64,000 bases of DNA from Caecitellus pseudoparvulus (lineage: Eukaryota; Protista; Bigyra: Bicosoecida): assembly GCA_965644315.1 (NCBI GenBank), contig CBFFRQ010000068.1:1054001-1118000 (forward strand), given 5' to 3'. A program made the position numbers and the translations under genes. Of this stretch, positions 18,931 through 30,900 are shown piece after piece (within the stretch, counting starts at the first letter, position 1; each line of letters starts with the position of its first letter). The notes under the pieces were generated by a model. It saw nothing but the letters and a program-made list of their open reading frames with translations. It had not been told where the DNA came from and made no database searches.

Positions 18931-21900
18931 TCACTTTTTGTCTGCTTCATGCTCCTCCTCTTCTTCCACCACAGCCACCATCATGGGGGCTGGGGGCGCG
19001 AGGCGCCGTCTGCCGCCTGGTGGCGGGCCAGGTGCAGCCGCCCCACTGCTGCGGGGTGGCGGCTTGGGTTGGAAGAATGCAGCCCCACCTTCGCCTGCGC
19101 CAGGTGGGTGGCGCGGCGTGGGGACTTCCCCTTGCCGGAGGGTCTGCGCCTCGGGGTCCATTGTCATGGCTTGCATGACCAAGGACCCACGCTTGTTGCG
19201 TGCCCTGTTCTTGACACTAATGGTGTCAATGAGGCTCGCACGCCGCTTGTGGGGTGCTGTGACGGGGGAGTGGTCCTCCTGGTCATCGTCCAGCAGGTCG
19301 CGCCTGGTCATGGTGCGCAACGTCAGCGCCTCCTTTGACGCAGACGCATCCGACACCTTGACCGCATCCAAGGCTTCAGATACAGCTGCGTCATCCACAG
19401 CAGCTTCCAGGCCCAAGCCATGGCTCGGCATGCCTTCGTTGGGGTCTGTCAGCACCATGACCCAGAAATAGAAGCGATGCACGAAGCGGAAGGGGGATAC
19501 CTCGACTGCCTTCCCCAGGTTGAAGGTACCAGCCTGGTGCACCAACACTGCTCGCGCCAAGGCAAGGCAGCGGACGTCCACATCCTGTGGTTCCATTCGC
19601 GTGAAGAAGTCGATGATCTCTGGCTCTTGTACGAAGTCACACACGTACCGCCAGGAGGCCTTCTGGCCCAGCAGTAGGCACATAGCCGAGCCAATCATGG
19701 AGGAAGCAGTGTCCACCGGCTCCTGGCGCCGGAACGCGTTCAAGTCTGCTCGGTCCACATCCAGCAAGCCTCGTCGCACCCATCCCAGTGGAGACCGGCG
19801 AGAAAGCAGCGTCTTGGTCAAGCCCTCCCGCTTCCACATTTTGAGCCGCATGCGAGCACGCCATGCTGCCGAGCGCAGCGCAGCCCGAGATGCGATGGTG
19901 CTGGCGCGGTCCACGACTTTGTTGTTGCTAGCAAGGGCAAAGACCGTAGCCCCCATCACCCGGTGCGGGAACTTGGGTGGCGGGCCGTCGCGGTCCAGCA
20001 CTCGACTACTCTTCCCAGACAGCTTCAGGAAGGAGTGGGCCTTGCGCAGACCACCATCCGAGCGCATGCTTGCTGCACTGCCCTTGCTGGCCAGAGACTT
20101 GCTCCGTTCATCGTCAGAGTGGCCCTCCTCACTGACAGACTGAAGCGCATGGTGCTGCAGAGAAGCACTGGAGGCGCCGTGCTGAGAGCGTGCACGCTCT
20201 CGAGCCAGCTCATTGCGTTCCCGCCTGCGTTCCAGCTTGCGCTCGCGGATGACGCGATCGATGTACTGTACAGAAGACAGCCTCGCAGACCGCGGCAGCG
20301 GAATATCCTGCGCCCTCATGCGTGAGTCAGAGATCAGGGAGACCAGCCACCTCAGCATTTTCGCCAGAACAGTCCCGGTCTGGTACTCCTTTTCATAGTG
20401 CATGGACAGCAGGCGGCGGGCGCCGAGGATGGTGGCGATGTAGTGACGCTTGCGGTCACTCAGGTCTGCTCGGCGGAAGTTCATCATGCGGGCAAGCAAA
20501 TCATCACCCTTCTGCATCAGATCTTGCGCGCTGGACCACTCGGGCACCTTGTCGAAAAGTACACACACGCAAGCACCGAAGCACGCTAGGGGCTGAATGG
20601 TGGAGTCCATGCCTGCCATGATGGCAACGTCTGCTCCTTTGACCGTGGACAGCTGATGCCGGGCCTCTCGGAGCTGCACAGGAGGCTCATCTGGCGTTTT
20701 TGTACGCAGGATGCTAAGCTCCACGTCCTCGTCATCGCTTTCACTGTCAATGACTTCCTCCTCCCGGTGAGATGCCGCGCTGGTGGTCCTCGGAGACTCA
20801 CCACGGGGACTGCCAGCTCGCCGGCGCTCCTTCCTGTCAGCCCGCTGACCAGCGAACAGGCGCCGGAAGTGCTCCAAGTGCTCTGGGGCCAAGGCGTACC
20901 CCTTCTCCGCGAGGACTTCCCCGATGTCCTTCCCATCCGCCGCTTCGGCAGCAGCTGCAGCCGCTGCTGCGGCAGCCGCCTCTGCCGGGTTCTTGTACCC
21001 CATCTCCCGGAAGATCTCCACGATCTCCTTGTCAATGGCTACACCAGCCATGCCCCGCAGATTGGAATCCTCATCTGGCACCCAGTATGCCATGATGAGG
21101 CACCAGTTGTGCAACACTGCAAGCGCGGCGAACGAGGCACCGACGGCCCCTGCCTCAGTGGCCGTGATGCCTTCTTCTTTCTCTTCACCCGCAAAGGCAG
21201 TCTTGCCGGCGGAGGACATATCTGTGTACTCATCGTCGTGAGGACCGGCAGCACTGGCACGCCCGTCCTTGTAGTCCGTGATACCCACTGCCCGCTTGAC
21301 AATTTCCATGGACTTGGCAACATCCAAGGTGTGCTTGGGGTGGCGCCGCAAAATCTCGCGAGCGACCCGGCGTGACAGTGGCGCCAGCATGGAAGGGTGC
21401 ACCATGGAAAGCTTCATGACGAAGCCCTTCTTGCGAATCACTTTTTTGGCCGTGGTCCAGGATGGCTTAGGCACGTTCAAGAGCGTGCACAAGGCGCCTG
21501 CAATGATGATCATGTCTTCTGTCGGCTCTGCCACGCGCGACAGCTCCAGCAGCATGTCCACGGTGAGGCAATCTAGGATGCGCTTCATGTTCTCCATGAG
21601 CTCAGGCGTCACCTTGATCTGAGCAAGTTCTTCCTCATCCACCTCATCTTCTGTCTTCTCCTGCACAGCATCGTCCGAAGAGTCACTCGCTTCAGCAAGC
21701 TCATCGTCGTCGCTGGCGTCTGCTAGCTCACCAGCGTCAGCGACACCAGCGTACTCTCCAACAAGGCCATCCTCCATGCTGTCCAAGCCTTGTAGCACCC
21801 GCTGATGAGCTTCGACGGTCTTCAACTCATGGTGAGGCCGCCAGAAAGAATTGTACAGGCAGTAGTGGTGCAAGAGGTCAAACACAGGATACACAATCTC

Positions 21901-24900
21901 TGGACTTGCCACCAGCACGTCCGGGGCAGCAGTGTCCTTGCTCATAACCTGGTCCCCCGTCTTTCCTTCTGAGTCGCGCCCGGGGGCTTTGGGCACAGGC
22001 GCGGCCTCAGCGTCAGAGCCACTGCCAACGCGTTCTGCGCTTTCTGCTTGATGAAGTCTGGCTGCTCGTTGCGGCGACGTGAAGTGTGCTCTTGCAGGAA
22101 CAGGGCTATCAGACTTTGAGTCACTCGCCGCGGGATCCGCGTCTTCGGAGTGGCTGTTCACAGGAACGCTGGTCAAGATGGCACCGAAACGTGACGCCAG
22201 ATCCTCGTTGTGCAAATTGCACACCCGAGGCAAAGCGATGTCGTGGCGCGGGTGCTTGCGGAGAATTGCACGGGAAGCGCAGCGCAAAGCCGCAGCCAGG
22301 CGCTGGGGCTGGGTCTTGGCCATGGTCTCGCGGAACGCTGGGTTCACAGCCAGCGCACGGCCAGCTTCCCAAGATGGGTGTGGATCACCGTGCAACGTTG
22401 ACAGTGCGCAAGCGACGATCACCATGGCGATTGAGGGAGAATCCGTGTCGAACGCAGCTTCCACTGCCTTGGGATTCAACTTTGAAAGCAAGTCGTGCAG
22501 GAGGTCAAGGTGTGCAGGCGTCACCCACAACGTCTTGTTCTCCGGAAAAACCCCAGACTCTGGTGGAATTTCCTCAAAGTCGTCTTTCACGCCAGCCTCT
22601 TCGTACCGCGCTTCTGAGGTCTGCTTGGCCACGTTTGCCATTGCTTCCAAATCATCTTGATCTCGCTTGCGGGCAAGAGCAGCTGCCTTGCCACGACCAA
22701 GCATGCCCCGGGCTGCAGCTTGGATGATGGTAGCAGCTGCATCTGCCTCGCGCAAAGCGTCGTTCCTCCAGCGCTTCAGGCGATTGGCCAGCTTGCGAGC
22801 GACGTGTCCCCGCCAGGCAGCTTGAATGCGAGAAGCTGCATCGTGCTCCATGGCCGCCTGAAGCTCGGCTTTACGGGCCCTGGCCTCTGCTCTGCGCCGA
22901 GCGTTCTGCGGGCCTTGGTACCCAACCTCTCGCGGGTTCACAACGTCCTTTCGCCCACCTCGTCGCTGTTGGGCTTCCTTCAAAGCCATGCGGCCATATG
23001 GCGAGATGATGGCAGACACTGCATCTTCCTCGTCGCTACTCTCCTCGGAAAGGTGGTCATCGACGCCCCCTGCAAAGTCCAGCGCATCCAGCACAGGCTG
23101 CGCTTCGTGTACGAGGGGAGTCTGCCCTGTTGCCTGCCGGATACTGTCGACGGTGCTGATGGGACCGGTGGCTGCCTCAGATGCCTCATCATCACTCCCA
23201 TCTGGAATAGTCCCGTCCGGATGCACGAACACAGGCTCCAAGCCACCCACTGCATCATCAGCAGCAAGTTGACGAGCCATCGCAGCCTGAAGAACTGCGC
23301 TATCCTTGGGCGGCACCCACTTCACATCAACATGCGCTTCGGCTGCATGCTCGCCCGCTGCACTGCGACCGAATACGTCATCCACTGGTAACCATTGTGG
23401 GTTGTCCGCGACGTCAACTGCATCAGGTACTGCAAGTTGGAGAGAATCATCGTCTTCCTCACGACCCTGCTTAGATTCTTGTGCAGCGCCGTCAGCATCT
23501 GCAAGGTCCTGAACAGTCAAGCCAGTAGCTGAGGCTGCAACATCATCCGCCACAGGCAACCCAGACAATGAACACACCGCCGCCGTGCCCCGTGCCAGCA
23601 GTGACTCCAGAGGCACCAACACCGTGCCCAGCTCACGACCACTCGCGTCCACCACCGCCACCTCCGCCACGGCGTCACGACCACGCACGCCAGACACAGG
23701 CAGCTCCAGGCTCTCGCTCCAGTGCGGCTCACCGTCCGCACCCACATCCACCACACTGCTCGTCACCTCAGACCCCCCCACCCGCACACGCACAGCAGTG
23801 CCCACACACCCCGCGTCACCGCCCGCGCCCACCACCAGGTCCCGCGCCGACATCGGGTCCACACTCACCGTGCCAGCGTGCAGGGACGGGTCCCCGCCCG
23901 ACGACAGCACGTGCTCGCCATCGGGTGCGTACGACACACGGGCCTGCACCTGCCCCGCCGCACGACCACTCCCATCACGCAGATCGTGCCAGGTCCCGTC
24001 AGGACCAGAGTCAGACACCTTCACAGCCGGCGCCGTGCTGCGTGACGCCGCACTGCTCACCGCTGCAGGCACACTCTGCCCGCTGGCAGCCACCACCGCC
24101 GCCGTGCCCCGTGCCAGCAGTGACTCCAGAGGCACCAACACCGTGCCCAGCTCACGACCACTCGCGTCCACCACCGCCACCTCCGCCACGGCGTCACGAC
24201 CACGCACGCCAGACACAGGCAGATCCAGGCTCTCGCTCCAGTGCGGCTCACCGTCCGCACCCACATCCACCACGCTGCTCGTCACCTCAGACCCCCCCAC
24301 TCGCACACGCACAGCAGTGCCCACACCCCCCGCGTCACCGCCCGCGCCCACCACCAGGTCCCGCGCCGACATCGGGTCCACACTCACCGTGCCAGCGTGC
24401 AGGGACGGGTCCCCGCCCGACGACAGCACGTGCTCGCCATCTGGCGCGTACGACACACGGGCCTGCACCTGCCCCGCCGCACGACCACTCCCATCACGCA
24501 GATCGTGCCAGGTCCCGTCAGGACCAGAGTCAGACACCTTCACCGCCGGCGCCGTGCTGCGTGACGCCGCACTGCTCACCGCTGCAGGCACACTCTGCCC
24601 GCTGGCAGCCACCACCGCCGCCGTGCCCCGTGCCAGCAGTGACTCCAGAGGCACCAACACCGTGCCCAGCTCACGACCACTCGCGTCCACCACCGCCACC
24701 TCCGCCACGGCGTCACGACCACGCACGCCAGACACAGGCAGCTCCAGGCTCTCGCTCCAGTGCGGCTCGCCGTCCGCACCCACATCCACCACACTGCTCG
24801 TCACCTCAGACCCCCCCACCCGCACACGCACAGCAGTGCCCACACCCCCCGCGTCACCGCCCACGCCCACCACCAGGTCCCGCGCCGACATCGGGTCCAC

Positions 24901-27900
24901 ACTCACCGTGCCAGCGTGCAGGGACGGGTCCCCGCCCGACGACAGCACGTGCTCGCCATCGGGTGCGTACGACACACGGGCCTGCACCTGCCCCGCCGCA
25001 CGACCACTCCCATCACGCAGATCGTGCCAGGTCCCGTCAGGACCAGAGTCAGACACCTTCACAGCCGGCGCCGTGCTGCGTGACGCCGCACTGCTCACCG
25101 CTGCAGGCACACTCTGGCCGCTGGCAGCCACCACCGCCGCCGTGCCCCGTGCCAGCAGTGACTCCAGAGGCACCAACACCGTGCCCAGCTCACGACCACT
25201 CGCGTCCACCACCGCCACCTCCGCCACGGCGTCACGACCACGCACGCCAGACACAGGCAGATCCAGGCTCTCGCTCCAGTGCGGCTCGCCGTCCGCACCC
25301 ACATCCACCACACTGCTCGTCACCTCAGACCCCCCCACCCGCACACGCACAGCAGTGCCCACACCCCCCGCGTCACCGCCCGCGCCCACCACCAGGTCCC
25401 GCGCCGACATCGGGTCCACACTCACCGTGCCAGCGTGCAGGGACGGGTCCCCGCCCGACGACAGCACGTGCTCGCCATCGGGTGCGTACGACACACGGGC
25501 CTGCACCTGCCCCGCCGCACGACCACTCCCGTCACGCAGATCGTGCCAGGTCCCGTCAGGACCAGAGTCAGACACCTTCACCGCCGGCGCCGTGCTGCGT
25601 GACGCCGCACTGCTCACCGCTGCAGGCACACTCTGCCCGCTGGCAGCCACCACCGCCGCCGTGCCCCGTGCCAGCAGTGACTCCAGAGGCACCAACACCG
25701 TGCCCAGCTCACGACCACTCGCGTCCACCACCGCCACCTCCGCCACGGCGTCACGACCACGCACGCCAGACACAGGCAGCTCCAGGCTCTCGCTCCAGTG
25801 CGGCTCGCCGTCCGCACCCACATCCACCACACTGCTCGTCACCTCAGACCCCCCCACCCGCACACGCACAGCAGTGCCCACACCCCCCGCGTCACCGCCC
25901 ACGCCCACCACCAGGTCCCGCGCCGACATCGGGTCCACACTCACCGTGCCAGCGTGCAGGGACGGGTCCCCGCCCGACGACAGCACGTGCTCGCCATCTG
26001 GCGCGTACGACACACGGGCCTGCACCTGCCCCGCCGCACGACCACTCCCGTCACGCAGATCGTGCCAGGTCCCGTCAGGACCAGAGTCAGACACCTTCAC
26101 CGCCGGCGCCGTGCTGCGTGACGCCGCACTGCTCACCGCTGCAGGCACACTCTGCCCGCTGGCAGCCACCACCGCCGCCGTGCCCCGTGCCAGCAGTGAC
26201 TCCAGAGGCACCAACACCGTGCCCAGCTCACGACCACTCGCGTCCACCACCGCCACCTCCGCCACGGCGTCACGACCACGCACGCCAGACACAGGCAGCT
26301 CCAGGCTCTCGCTCCAGTGCGGCTCGCCGTCCGCACCCACATCCACCACACTGCTCGTCACCTCAGACCCCCCCACTCGCACACGCACAGCAGTGCCCAC
26401 ACACCCCGCGTCACCGCCCACGCCCACCACCAGGTCCCGCGCCGACATCGGGTCCACACTCACCGTGCCAGCGTGCAGGGACGGGTCCCCGCCCGACGAC
26501 AGCACGTGCTCGCCATCGGGTGCGTACGACACACGGGCCTGCACCTGCCCCGCCGCACGACCACTCCCATCACGCAGATCGTGCCAGGTCCCGTCAGGAC
26601 CAGAGTCAGACACCTTCACCGCCGGCGCCGTGCTGCGTGACGCCGCACTGCTCACCGCTGCAGGCACACTCTGCCCGCTGGCAGCCACCACCGCCGCCGT
26701 GCCCCGTGCCAGCAGTGACTCCAGAGGCACCAACACCGTGCCCAGCTCACGACCACTCGCGTCCACCACCGCCACCTCCGCCACGGCGTCACGACCACGC
26801 ACGCCAGACACAGGCAGCTCCAGGCTCTCGCTCCAGTGCGGCTCGCCGTCCGCACCCACATCCACCACACTGCTCGTCACCTCAGACCCCCCCACCCGCA
26901 CACGCACAGCAGTGCCCACACCCCCCGCGTCACCGCCCACGCCCACCACCAGGTCCCGCGCCGACATCGGGTCCACACTCACCGTGCCAGCGTGCAGGGA
27001 CGGGTCCCCGCCCGACGACAGCACGTGCTCGCCATCTGGCGCGTACGACACACGGGCCTGCACCTGCCCCGCCGCACGACCACTCCCATCACGCAGATCG
27101 TGCCAGGTCCCGTCAGGACCAGAGTCAGACACCTTCACCGCCGGCGCCGTGCTGCGTGACGCCGCACTGCTCACCGCTGCAGGCACACTCTGCCCGCTGG
27201 CAGCCACCACCGCCGCCGTGCCCCGTGCCAGCAGTGACTCCAGAGGCACCAACACCGTGCCCAGCTCACGACCACTCGCGTCCACCACCGCCACCTCCGC
27301 CACGGCGTCACGACCACGCACGCCAGACACAGGCAGCTCCAGGCTCTCGCTCCAGTGCGGCTCGCCGTCCGCACCCACATCCACCACACTGCTCGTCACC
27401 TCAGACCCCCCCACCCGCACACGCACAGCAGTGCCCACACCCCCCGCGTCACCGCCCGCGCCCACCACCAGGTCCCGCGCCGACATCGGGTCCACACTCA
27501 CCGTGCCAGCGTGCAGGGACGGGTCCCCGCCCGACGACAGCACGTGCTCGCCATCGGGTGCGTACGACACACGGGCCTGCACCTGCCCCGCCGCACGACC
27601 ACTCCCATCACGCAGATCGTGCCAGGTCCCGTCAGGACCAGAGTCAGACACCTTCACCGCCGGCGCCGTGCTGCGTGACGCCGCACTGCTCACCGCTGAA
27701 GGCACACTCTGCCCGCTGGCAGCCACCACCGCCGCCGTGCCCCGTGCCAGCAGTGACTCCAGAGGCACCAACACCGTGCCCAGCTCACGACCACTCGCGT
27801 CCACCACCGCCACCTCCGCCACGGCGTCACGACCACGCACGCCAGACACAGGCAGCTCCAGGCTCTCGCTCCAGTGCGGCTCACCGTCCGCACCCACATC

Positions 27901-30900
27901 CACCACACTGCTCGTCACCTCAGACCCCCCCACTCGCACACGCACAGCAGTGCCCACACCCCCCGCGTCACCGCCCGCGCCCACCACCAGGTCCCGCGCC
28001 GACATCGGGTCCACACTCACCGTGCCAGCGTGCAGGGACGGGTCCCCGCCCGACGACAGCACGTGCTCGCCATCGGGTGCGTACGACACACGGGCCTGCA
28101 CCTGCCCCGCCGCACGACCACTCCCATCACGCAGATCGTGCCAGGTCCCGTCAGGACCAGAGTCAGACACCTTCACCGCCGGCGCCGTGCTGCGTGACGC
28201 CGCACTGCTCACCGCTGCAGGCACACTCTGGCCGCTGGCAGCCACCACCGCCGCCGTGCCCCGTGCCAGCAGTGACTCCAGAGGCACCAACACCGTGCCC
28301 AGCTCACGACCACTCGCGTCCACCACCGCCACCTCCGCCACGGCGTCACGACCACGCACGCCAGACACAGGCAGCTCCAGGCTCTCGCTCCAGTGCGGCT
28401 CACCGTCCGCACCCACATCCACCACACTGCTCGTCACCTCAGACCCCCCACACGCACACGCACAGCAGTGCCCACACCCCCCGCGTCACCGCCCGCACCC
28501 ACCACCAGGTCCCGCGCCGACATCGGGTCCACACTCACCGTGCCAGCGTGCAGGGACGGGTCCCCGCCCGACGACAGCACGTGCTCGCCATCTGGCGCGT
28601 ACGACACACGGGCCTGCACCTGCCCCGCCGCACGACCACTCCCATCACGCAGATCGTGCCAGGTCCCGTCAGGACCAGAGTCAGACACCTTCACCGCCGG
28701 CGCCGTGCTGCGTGACGCCGCACTGCTCACCGCTGCAGGCACACTCTGCCCGCTGGCAGCCACCACCGCCGCCGTGCCCCGTGCCAGCAGTGACTCCAGA
28801 GGCACCAACACCGTGCCCAGCTCACGACCACTCGCGTCCACCACCGCCACCTCCGCCACGGCGTCACGACCACGCACGCCAGACACAGGCAGATCCAGGC
28901 TCTCGCTCCAGTGCGGCTCACCGTCCGCACCCACATCCACCACACTGCTCGTCACCTCAGACCCCCCCACCCGCACACGCACAGCAGTGCCCACACCCCC
29001 CGCGTCACCGCCCACGCCCACCACCAGGTCCCGCGCCGACATCGGGTCCACACTCACCGTGCCAGCGTGCAGGGACGGGTCCCCGCCCGACGACAGCACG
29101 TGCTCGCCATCTGGCGCGTACGACACACGGGCCTGCACCTGCCCCGCCGCACGACCACTCCCATCACGCAGATCGTGCCAGGTCCCGTCAGGACCAGAGT
29201 CAGACACCTTCACCGCCGGCGCCGTGCTGCGTGACGCCGCACTGCTCACCGCTGAAGGCACACTCTGCCCGCTGGCAGCCACCACCGCCGCCGTGCCCCG
29301 TGCCAGCAGTGACTCCAGAGGCACCAACACCGTGCCCAGCTCACGACCACTCGCGTCCACCACCGCCACCTCCGCCACGGCGTCACGACCACGCACGCCA
29401 GACACAGGCAGATCCAGGCTCTCGCTCCAGTGCGGCTCACCGTCCGCACCCACATCCACCACACTGCTCGTCACCTCAGACCCCCCCACCCGCACACGCA
29501 CAGCAGTGCCCACACCCCCCGCGTCACCGCCCACGCCCACCACCAGGTCCCGCGCCGACATCGGGTCCACTTCCAGCAATCCAAAGAAGTTGGGGTCTTC
29601 TGTGGCATGCAATCGTGTTCTACGGATGTCTGGTGTGTACGAGATGGCACTTTGCAGCTTTCCTGCATAGCGGCCGGACTTGTCGTGCAGGTCGTGCCAT
29701 TTGCCATCTTCACCGCTGTCCGAGACTGTGACGTCTGCGTTCTGTGGAAAAGGAGCTGCTCGCGTTTGGGAAGCTGCTGCTGTGGATGGAGACGCTGCCT
29801 TGGTTGCCACGCTGCGGGGAACCACGCCTCCCAACGCAATAGTAGCCGCCGCTGTTCCAGAGTGCAACAGCTCTTCCAATGGTACAAATGCCGAGCCCAC
29901 ACCGTGACCAGTGGCAGCCGCTCTCCCTGCTGGGCGATGGAACTGGACCTCCAGCAGGGCATCATCATCCACGTGAAGGTCTTGAACGGGGACACGGATA
30001 GAAGACCTGGCTGGCATGCCCGAGCGGTCATCTATGGGGACACGAACCTTCCCACGAGTCCCCGCTATCCCAAAGGTCAAGTAGCTGCCAGGGGGAGGCT
30101 TGGCGTCTCGGCCTGCCATTGACATCTGGGTCAGGGAGGATGGTCTAATGGTCAGGTAGCCTTCGTGCACATGGGGGTGTGCATCGCCTGCGATGACATT
30201 CTTCACATCTGGCGTGTACTCGATGCCAGCACGCATGCGCCCAGCAGTGCTGCCGTCCTTTCTGGATGCGAAGAGAATCCACGGGCCGTCGCGGGTGCGG
30301 CCCAGGTGTGCAGAAACACCTGCCGCTTGGGAAGGGTCTGCCTTGGGGGGCAGGAACCGACCACCGGGGAAGGGCCCTCGAGCTTTCCCGACACGGGGGG
30401 AACGAGCACCCCCGATTCGCGCAATGCGTGCTTGACCTCTGGGCTGAGAGGGGGGCAGCGAGAGCCCGGTCTTCGGGTTACGGTTGAAGTCCAGGCAGTG
30501 CTCAAGCCCTGTTTGCAGCAAGGTGTACAGGGGAATGCGGATGAGACCCATGCGGTCGCCCCCCATTCGGTCGAAGATGTGCAGCTCAACAAAGGTGTGC
30601 TTGCTTAAGGGGGTTCCATCCAGTGGGACACGGATGGGCTCGGTCAGCATGGGCACGCGACGGGTGTCCACGGTCATGGACTGCACCTCTCTCCGGCCAA
30701 GCCGGACAGAGATGAATGCTGACCGAGAGCCGACGATGCCCTTCAGGCCCTTGATGCCATTCAGACTCAGCTGGATGTCACCTTCCATCACAGGGACGAC
30801 TGCCCGCTGCTTCAGCCGGGTGCGTGCACCACGTGCGATACGGAAGCGATCGTACCGTGCGGCGTTTCGGTAGTCTACGCCCACCTGGCGTTGAAACCTG

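Noticed and set aside
19450-22510. Dynein heavy chain gene or fragment
   Set aside because: No AAA P-loop motifs or long stalk coiled coils are seen; only the tip-like modules occur, four times
23575-29570. Array as CRISPR, satellite DNA or mobile element
   Set aside because: No repeat-spacer structure, terminal repeats or transposase; units are in frame, grade into diverged coding copies and vary at few, largely synonymous or conservative sites
23568-29731. Very long plus-strand ORFs (1715 aa and 2048 aa) and the repeated 107-aa and 72-aa ORFs over the array
   Set aside because: Shadow frames: a 519-bp unit (a multiple of 3) with no stop in a frame stays open through every copy. The products are P/H/R or T/S/P low complexity, while the minus frame gives a C2-like fold and continues into unique sequence
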